Both the position numbers and the translations under genes were made by a program. The notes beneath the pieces were generated by a model. That model had not been told where the DNA came from. It saw only the letters and a list, made by a program, of their open reading frames with translations, and did no database searches. 64,000 bases of DNA from Octopus vulgaris. Taxonomy: Eukaryota. The DNA lies in the NCBI GenBank assembly GCA_951406725.2, contig OX597820.1:19902001-19966000 (forward strand). Direction: 5' to 3'. This document shows positions 61,601 to 64,000 of the stretch, piece after piece. How positions within the stretch are numbered: the first letter of the stretch is position 1; each line of letters starts with the position of its first letter.

Positions 61601-63879
61601 CGTGTATGTGTGTATCTGTGTCTATGTGTTTATGTTGTGTTTGTCCACCACCACCACTTAACAACCAGTGTTGGTTTGTTCACATCCCCATAACTTAGCA
61701 GTTCAGCAAAACACAAGTCTTTAAAAAAAACAAAGTACTGTAGTCGATTTGTTCGACAAAACCCTTCAAGATATTGCTCCAGCATAGCCACAATCAAATG
61801 TTTGAAATGAGTAAAAAAAAGAGAAAAAAAAGAGGAAAGATTGATAATTTAAAATTCTATAGTCTTACCTTATAATTAGTTTTATATGCACTCTTATCCA
61901 TGTGAATAAAAGCTTGTCTCCATAAATTGCCCTGGTCACCTGTTTTCACCCATAATTTTTTGGTAGTTGTTCCTTGTGTGACATTTACTTGTAGCTGATT
62001 CACATAGGCTCCGTACATGTGATACCAAAAGTTCAGACATCGTGTCTGAGAAGGAGGGATGCTTGGACCAACAATACGTGCCTTTGAGTAAGATTTAGAG
62101 CGCCACGATCTCTTTGACAGAATATACCAGCCGTCTTCTGAGGATATGAAATATTATATATAACATCATTTAAAAAAATGGAAAAACAATTGACCTTCAT
62201 AGGAATTAGACTCTGCATTCTGAATTGTACAGAAATGTTATCCTGTACAAATATACATATACATTTGTACTCAGTGGTTAGAGCGTTAGGCTTACAATCA
62301 TGAGGTAATGAGTTCAATTCCTAGACCGAGCTGTGTTGTGTTCTTGAGCAAGACACTTTATTTCACATTGCACCAGTTCACTCAGCTGTAGAAATGAGCT
62401 GTGATGTACTGGTGCCAAACTGTATCAGACTTTGCCTTTCCCTTGGATAACATCGGTGATGTGGAGAGAAAAGGCTGATATGCATGGGTGACTGCTGGTC
62501 TTCTATAAACAAACTTGCCTGGACTTGTGTTTTGGAGGGGAACTTTCTAGGTGCAATCCCATGGTCATTCATGACCAAAGAGGGTCTTTACCCTTGGCAT
62601 AGAGAGGGGAGGCTGGTATGCATGGGTGACTGCTGGTCTTCTATAAACAACTTTGCCTGGACTTGTGCTTTGGAGGGGAACTTTCTAGGTGCAATCCCAT
62701 TCATGACCGAAGGGGGTCTTTACTCTTTTACCTTATCTTTAAACATTTAACCCTTTAGCATTCAGATTATTCTGTCAAATGTAATGCATGCTTATTCGCA
62801 TTGTTTTTAATTTAATCATGCATTATCTTAAAGCTTTGTGATTTCAACCTTGGGAATGTATATTTCAACAACGACATTTTACCAATGACATTGTTGGGTA
62901 GGTGTGAGAGGCCAGACTGACCAGTTTCAACATAAAACAAGTAGAAAATTTTGGGCCTGTTATGGACAGTTTGTACTCTAAAGGGTTAATACAATGTATA
63001 TACATATACAAACACACATTTACTCGCTACATAAAATGTATGTATGCCATAATACTTTTCTTCCTTAATTCAGTACAAGGCCAGCAGTTTGAGAGGAGAG
63101 GCAATTCATTACACTGACCCCAGTATTTGACTGGTACTTTTCTCACAAAAGCAAAAGGTATCATCCAATTTGAGTGTAGTAAGGCCACAGTACTAGTACC
63201 ACCTGAATTAATAAAGGCGAAAGAGGGGAAGACCATTTATTTCAGATGTGTATCATGCAAAACCCGAGGGGCTGAAATAGTGTCCGTTAGTCATGCTGAG
63301 AAGGCCCTCAGAGACATTTTAATATATGTGGCTCATATACAGAGAAGGAGGCAGTTTGCCAGATTGAGGTCCTCTTTAAAAGTGAGGACCTTGCGCAAAG
63401 ACATGCAGTGTCACCCCGGTGGACTGAATAGTCCTCTATCCCAACTGCTTCTCAAAGAGAACCATGAAGATCAGAGTGAATGGCGTACCAGCAGGCGTAA
63501 ATGTCTTTTGGATTGTCGCTTGTGTGGTTCAAGACCCAGGGTCACGTGTGGAGGTGAAAAGGAGCAACAGAGAAATATTATAGAAGTATTGATATGGACT
63601 AATGGCAGGCTGATGGCACAACAATGGATTGAAAGGGAGAAAGAGATAGAGAAAGATAGAGACTGTAATGAGAGAGATATGACCAATTTAAATGCTAAAG
63701 AGTTAACTTAATATATTATTGATTAACACACTTACTTGTTCCAGAGGTATGGTCTGTTGTTGGGCCACTCTTATAGTGTCCCGATGGGCCTTGAGCTCTA
63801 GCCCATTTGAAATCGGCTTTAACATCATTAGTCCAAGAACACATATCTTTTTCAAAAGTGCAGTCGTATTGAGTTGGTG
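2699..63879 (-). CDS. Partial multi-exon gene for a large tandem MAM-domain extracellular protein (MALRD1/MAM-LDLa or zonadhesin-like); 21 exons, 8 complete plus 1 partial MAM domain; extends beyond both window edges
   Basis: Repeated MAM motifs (CxFExxxCxW, GPxxDHT, GHYMY, CxxFWYxMYG, QGxxW, IxFEG, IA(I/L)DD(I/V), terminal C) in 21 exons with AG/GT boundaries. Lengths sum to 4146 nt and all splice phases match. Confidence 0.93.
4574..4806. mobile_element. piggyBac-type MITE (degraded); better-preserved copy at 62747-62989, fragments near 14074, 15300-15485 and 46289
   Basis: TTAACCCTTTAG...CTAAAGGGTTAA ends with TTAA target site in the 62.7 kb copy; shared interior. Confidence 0.7.
4916..5470. 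repeat. ~18-bp minisatellite (TTTAAAAGTGCTGCCCC-type), ~30 copies
   Basis: Direct tandem repetition. Confidence 0.92.
5560..5816 (-). CDS. MAM gene exon 20 (MAM8 middle)
   Basis: GHYMYL...[10 protein letters not shown]...[13 protein letters not shown]...PFQ; 257 nt, phase 1-0. Confidence 0.9.
6310..6645 (+). mobile_element. tRNA-derived SINE family 3 (ggctcagtggttagag head); related copies near 12895-13150, 13150-13630, 40420-40720(-), 60160-60670, 62268-62725
   Basis: A-box TAGTGG/CAGTGG and B-box GAGTTCAATTCC; shared gagcaagacactttatttc...ctcagctgtagaaatgag body. Confidence 0.75.
7286..7584 (-). mobile_element. tRNA-derived SINE family 1 (gtggaggcgcaatggcccagtggttag head, possibly tRNA-Arg-related); copies near 19200-19505(+), 32740-33044(-), 43556-43862(-), 48290-48680(+), 49922-50213(-), 50528-50835(+), 59629-60140(+)
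   Basis: A box TGGCCCAGTGG / TGGCCTAGTGG, B box GGTTTCGATTCC / GGTTCAAATC; many dispersed copies. Confidence 0.8.
9498..9635 (-). CDS. MAM gene exon 19 (MAM8 N-part)
   Basis: [25 protein letters not shown]...[12 protein letters not shown]; 138 nt, phase 1-1. Confidence 0.9.
9855..10260 (-). mobile_element. SINE family 4 (ggcggcgagctggcagaa head; central gcctttcatcctttcggggtcgataaattaagtacc, Nin/Deu-like domain), here dimeric; other copies near 10325-10715, 27360-27600(-), 33604-34210, 34848-35270, 47754-47981(-), 52177-52420, 53098-53565, 58088-58312(-)
   Basis: Repeated dispersed copies with B box GAGTTCAAATTCC; the 47.8 kb copy has a 16-bp TSD gtgctggctgaatacc. Confidence 0.8.
11629..12157. 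mobile_element. Palindromic (hairpin) MITE interrupted by a nested hAT MITE
   Basis: tgtctggggagagtcattctctttt... mirrors ...aaaagagaatgactctccccagaca; the arms continue across the insertion. Confidence 0.8.
11684..11996. mobile_element. Non-autonomous hAT-type element
   Basis: TIR CAGTGGCGGACT / AGTCTGCCACTA; 8-bp TSD ctcactgg / ctcaccgg. Confidence 0.78.
13178..13396. mobile_element. hAT (Charlie-like) MITE inserted in a SINE head
   Basis: TIR CAGTGCTTTTCAA / TTGAAAACCACTG; 8-bp TSD ggttagag / ggttggag. Confidence 0.82.
13917..14004 (-). CDS. MAM gene exon 18 (MAM7 C-part)
   Basis: [29 protein letters not shown]; CAG/GTATG; 88 nt, phase 0-1. Confidence 0.9.
15492..15748 (-). CDS. MAM gene exon 17 (MAM7 middle)
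   Basis: GHYLLL...ARFIS...CITFWYYM...[14 protein letters not shown]...NK; 257 nt, phase 1-0. Confidence 0.9.
15801..16321. mobile_element. Non-autonomous Tc1/mariner-pogo-type DNA element
   Basis: TIR TACCGTAAATCCTCGAGTATA / TATACTCGAGGATTTATGGTA with TA ends and subterminal repeats. Confidence 0.82.
16385..16720. mobile_element. hAT-type MITE
   Basis: TIR CAGTGGTTCCCAAAGT / ACTTTGGGGACCACTG; perfect 8-bp TSD atgtatag. Confidence 0.88.
16845..17310. repeat. Degenerate (GAT/GAC/AAT)n trinucleotide tract
   Basis: Low-complexity triplet repeat that produces the spurious poly-D/M/I ORFs. Confidence 0.9.
17377..18567 (+). mobile_element. Nearly full-length mariner transposon with a dead transposase (~17552-18491)
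   Basis: TIRs atcaggtcatcccataagt / acttatgggatgacttgat; motifs [44 protein letters not shown]; frameshifts and stops. Confidence 0.92.
18612..18758 (-). CDS. MAM gene exon 16 (MAM7 N-part)
   Basis: [18 protein letters not shown]...[12 protein letters not shown]; 147 nt, phase 1-1. Confidence 0.9.
20380..20820 (-). mobile_element. Retroelement 3' fragment encoding three C2H2 zinc fingers (probably a LINE C-terminus); second copy at 57440-57878
   Basis: [64 protein letters not shown], stop, short 3' UTR, simple-repeat tail. Confidence 0.75.
20973..21216. repeat. Inverted-repeat element resembling Penelope inverted pseudo-LTRs; third arm at ~21726-21888
   Basis: 20973-21065 is the reverse complement of 21124-21216; central palindrome aaaatccgtgctgcagcacggatttt; flanked by (TA)n. 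Confidence 0.8.
21055..21104 (-). ncRNA. Putative minimal type I hammerhead ribozyme with variant core GUGAACA (G3-C8)
   Basis: uuuguca-GUGAACA-g-gucgc[ggauuuua]gcgau-GAAA-a[ua]UUU-ugacaaa: 7-bp stem I, 5-bp stem II, palindromic mini stem III. Confidence 0.5.
22299..22556 (-). CDS. MAM gene exon 15 (MAM6 C-part plus Thr-rich linker)
   Basis: GMGDLNVF...NQGNIW...[43 protein letters not shown]; AAG acceptor, GTGAG donor; 258 nt, phase 1-1. Confidence 0.9.
22690..22932 (+). mobile_element. 5'-truncated RTE LINE 3' UTR copy; others near 5900-6122(-), 14260-14530(-), 33090-33412, 38215-38538, 44820-45150(-), 55240-55428, 56245-56780, 58718-59180(-), 60860-61110(-)
   Basis: Same aaaagcacccactacactcacggagtggttggcgttaggaagggcatccagc...(GAT)n sequence as 670-853. 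Confidence 0.85.
23062..23470 (-). mobile_element. CR1-clade LINE 3' end
   Basis: YSERL..LG...LRR...DL...TRGH..K...[15 protein letters not shown]; (ATT)n tail. Confidence 0.85.
24418..24543 (-). CDS. MAM gene exon 14 (MAM6)
   Basis: [42 protein letters not shown]; 126 nt, phase 1-1. Confidence 0.9.
24606..24690 (+). ncRNA. Degenerate hammerhead-like motif (same family as 40238-40320)
   Basis: CTGAAGA at 24612, long stem II, AAAAC in place of GAAAC; homologous to the reverse complement of 40190-40320. Confidence 0.35.
25550..25840. repeat. CA/CT-rich low-complexity tract
   Basis: Degenerate dinucleotide repeats. Confidence 0.8.
26414..26642 (-). CDS. MAM gene exon 13 (MAM5 C-part plus MAM6 N-part)
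   Basis: LTFQS...[29 protein letters not shown]...[12 protein letters not shown]; 229 nt, phase 0-1. Confidence 0.92.
28149..32410. repeat. Tandem array of 17 units of 252/253 bp; each unit is a piggyBac-type MITE plus a 23-bp spacer
   Basis: Each unit begins TTAACCCTTTTG and ends CAAAAGGGTTAA, followed by aatatataatagagaaacaattc; starts at 28149, 28402, 28654 ... 32186. Confidence 0.95.
34394..34665 (-). CDS. MAM gene exon 12 (MAM5 middle)
   Basis: GHYVYASS...[22 protein letters not shown]...GNQGKEW...TYK; 272 nt, phase 1-0. Confidence 0.9.
35590..35790 (+). mobile_element. Degraded 3' end of a restriction-like-endonuclease (RLE) non-LTR element
   Basis: [14 protein letters not shown]...[12 protein letters not shown] resembles the RLE C-terminal IPVIIGxxG motif. 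Confidence 0.5.
35827..36225 (-). mobile_element. R4/Dong-like non-LTR retrotransposon 3' end (RLE domain)
   Basis: IIDIACP.D......E..K...Y..LA.E...LW...LG.V...[13 protein letters not shown]; ends in (AAT)n. Confidence 0.8.
36622..36860 (-). mobile_element. Degraded R4-like RLE element 3' end
   Basis: [16 protein letters not shown]....RK; ends in (AAT/AAC)n. Confidence 0.45.
37374..37493 (-). CDS. MAM gene exon 11 (MAM5 N-part)
   Basis: [39 protein letters not shown]; 120 nt, phase 1-1. Confidence 0.9.
38661..38751 (-). CDS. MAM gene exon 10 (MAM4 C-part)
   Basis: [30 protein letters not shown]; 91 nt, phase 0-1. Confidence 0.88.
39190..39740. repeat. CA-rich complex microsatellite with internal ~170-bp duplications
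   Basis: The gcacatgagcacacatgtg landmark recurs at ~39233, 39401 and 39571. Confidence 0.85.
40007..40043 (-). ncRNA. Degenerate minimal hammerhead-like motif
   Basis: uguuu-CUGAAGA-agguccuuccuu-GAAAC-AUA-aaaag; weak stems. Confidence 0.35.
40238..40320 (-). ncRNA. Putative Penelope-type hammerhead ribozyme with an extended stem II
   Basis: cuaccu-CUGAUGA-guguagggu...accccuagcau-GAAAC-ug-GUU-gguaag. Confidence 0.5.
41554..41810 (-). CDS. MAM gene exon 9 (MAM4 middle)
   Basis: GSYIYIKS...[19 protein letters not shown]...[11 protein letters not shown]...FM; 257 nt, phase 1-0. Confidence 0.9.
41971..42580. repeat. ~19-bp minisatellite (TCTACAAGTGCAGCTGGTC)n, ~30 diverged copies
   Basis: Direct tandem repetition. 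Confidence 0.88.
43308..43430 (-). CDS. MAM gene exon 8 (MAM4 N-part)
   Basis: [40 protein letters not shown]; 123 nt, phase 1-1. Confidence 0.87.
44690..45310 (+). mobile_element. Old RTE LINE remnant interrupted by a younger RTE 3' UTR insertion
   Basis: ET.TL...[14 protein letters not shown] before the insertion, HMKNE..GDL..VSEKI...GHCIRH after it. Confidence 0.5.
45375..45935 (+). mobile_element. CR1-clade LINE 3' end (same family as 23062-23470)
   Basis: [16 protein letters not shown]...NTRGH...[17 protein letters not shown]; shared 3' UTR gtgcacctgagcactgta. Confidence 0.85.
46055..46172 (-). CDS. MAM gene exon 7 (MAM3 C-part plus linker)
   Basis: [39 protein letters not shown]; 118 nt, phase 0-1. 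Confidence 0.9.
46368..46795. mobile_element. Head-to-head foldback of an element with a tRNA-like head, (AAT)n and a hammerhead motif
   Basis: 46368-46552 is the reverse complement of 46558-46712; the arms contain GGCGTAGTGGTTAA and GAGTTC(G/T)ATTCC boxes; the right arm continues into a hammerhead motif. Confidence 0.7.
46704..46749 (+). ncRNA. Minimal hammerhead motif (mutated copy); sister copy at 14968-15000
   Basis: ggcac-CTGAAAA-a-ggctg[gagggtatat]cagcc-GAAAC-ATT-gtgtt; the 14973 copy keeps CTGATGA and the left arm keeps gacacCTGAT. Confidence 0.5.
46945..47430 (+). mobile_element. RTE-clade LINE 3' end
   Basis: [19 protein letters not shown]...LDGTYTRLL...[10 protein letters not shown]; (GAT)n tail. 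Confidence 0.85.
47444..48210 (+). mobile_element. Possible solo LTR interrupted by a SINE
   Basis: TG start, TATATAAG (~47684), AATAAA (~48135); SINE with 16-bp TSD inside; ends not confirmed. Confidence 0.3.
48915..49240. repeat. (GAA)n/(GAT)n/(GGT)n tract ~50 bp from the exon 6 donor
   Basis: Triplet low-complexity repeats. Confidence 0.88.
49290..49711 (-). CDS. MAM gene exon 6 (MAM3)
   Basis: [21 protein letters not shown]...GPIYDHT...GHYMYIDSS...[10 protein letters not shown]...NQGQKW...SHQ; 422 nt, phase 1-0. Confidence 0.92.
51188..51900. repeat. ~24-bp minisatellite (GCCATGTAAAAAGCACTGGTG-like) with 72-bp higher-order repeats
   Basis: Tandem repetition; triplet blocks recur at ~51207, 51285, 51362 and at 51660-51900. 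Confidence 0.88.
51948..52038 (-). CDS. MAM gene exon 5 (MAM2 C-part)
   Basis: [30 protein letters not shown]; 91 nt, phase 0-1. Confidence 0.9.
54394..54806 (-). CDS. MAM gene exon 4 (MAM2)
   Basis: [15 protein letters not shown]...[19 protein letters not shown]...[10 protein letters not shown]...QGPNW...NYT; 413 nt, phase 1-0. Confidence 0.92.
54880..55085. repeat. Imperfect ~200-bp palindrome (old foldback)
   Basis: cttgtatat...gtgaaatta...aaaactcaacaattt..ttaaaaat mirrors atttttaacaaaattgttgagtttt...taatttcac...atatacaag. Confidence 0.7.
55533..55618 (-). ncRNA. Putative type I hammerhead ribozyme (sense to the host pre-mRNA)
   Basis: gugg-CUGAAGA-uugcu...agcau-GAAAC-gauu-GUA-ccac. Confidence 0.6.
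55659..55744 (+). ncRNA. Putative type I hammerhead ribozyme (mirror copy)
   Basis: gtgg-CTGAAGA(55663)-ttgca...agcat-GAAAC(55729)-gatg-GTA(55738-55740)-ccac. Confidence 0.6.
57140..57385 (-). mobile_element. CR1-like LINE 3' end (second family)
   Basis: LRGHSKML...[17 protein letters not shown]...FKVSLD. Confidence 0.75.
57440..57878 (-). mobile_element. Second copy of the three-C2H2 retroelement fragment (frameshifted)
   Basis: High similarity to 20380-20820; an indel splits the ORF. Confidence 0.75.
59389..59476 (-). CDS. MAM gene exon 3 (MAM1 C-part)
   Basis: [29 protein letters not shown]; TAG acceptor, GTAAG donor; 88 nt, phase 0-1. Confidence 0.9.
60680..61530 (+). mobile_element. 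Degraded mariner fragment interrupted by an RTE tail
   Basis: TACGAGGTCTG end; DER.GRP.TS...ELSE...[22 protein letters not shown]. Confidence 0.75.
61869..62137 (-). CDS. MAM gene exon 2 (MAM1 middle)
   Basis: [11 protein letters not shown]...[30 protein letters not shown]...[12 protein letters not shown]...YK; 269 nt, phase 1-0. Confidence 0.9.
63736..63879 (-). CDS. MAM gene exon 1 in window (MAM1 N-part)
   Basis: [47 protein letters not shown]; CAG acceptor, GTAAG donor; 144 nt, phase 1-1. Confidence 0.9.
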
Positions 63880-63953
63880 CTGTAAAATTGTAAAAAATAT
63901 AAATAGTTATTAATATGTGTATGGGTGTGTTTATGGGTGTATGTTTTTATGTG

Positions 63954-63998
<45 letters not shown>

Positions 63999-64000
63999 CT

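Noticed and set aside
63127-63711. 194-aa plus-strand ORF
   Set aside because: No ATG start, begins in a SINE remnant and has no recognisable domain; possibly a decayed retroelement ORF1, but unsupported.

Overview
This window is AT-rich, microsatellite-dense eukaryotic DNA, most likely from an octopus-type cephalopod (inferred from the SINE/LINE repertoire). The whole window lies inside one large minus-strand gene. I traced 21 coding exons with GT-AG boundaries from 63879 down to 2699. They total 4146 nt (1382 codons), every junction is phase-compatible, and they encode 8 complete tandem MAM domains plus the start of a ninth (MALRD/zonadhesin-like multi-MAM extracellular protein; no start, stop or LDLa module in the window). 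The introns hold tRNA-derived SINEs, 3' ends of RTE, CR1 and R4/Dong-like LINEs, two mariner relics, hAT/pogo/piggyBac-type MITEs, minisatellites and a 17-copy MITE-derived satellite with higher-order structure. The most unusual signal is a set of Penelope-type minimal hammerhead ribozyme motifs from several sequence families, often within foldback palindromes. They include a head-to-head near-intact pair, a tRNA-headed family and a family with an apparent compensatory G3-C8 core swap (GUGAACA). All calls were made by eye; no database searches or folding programs were run.
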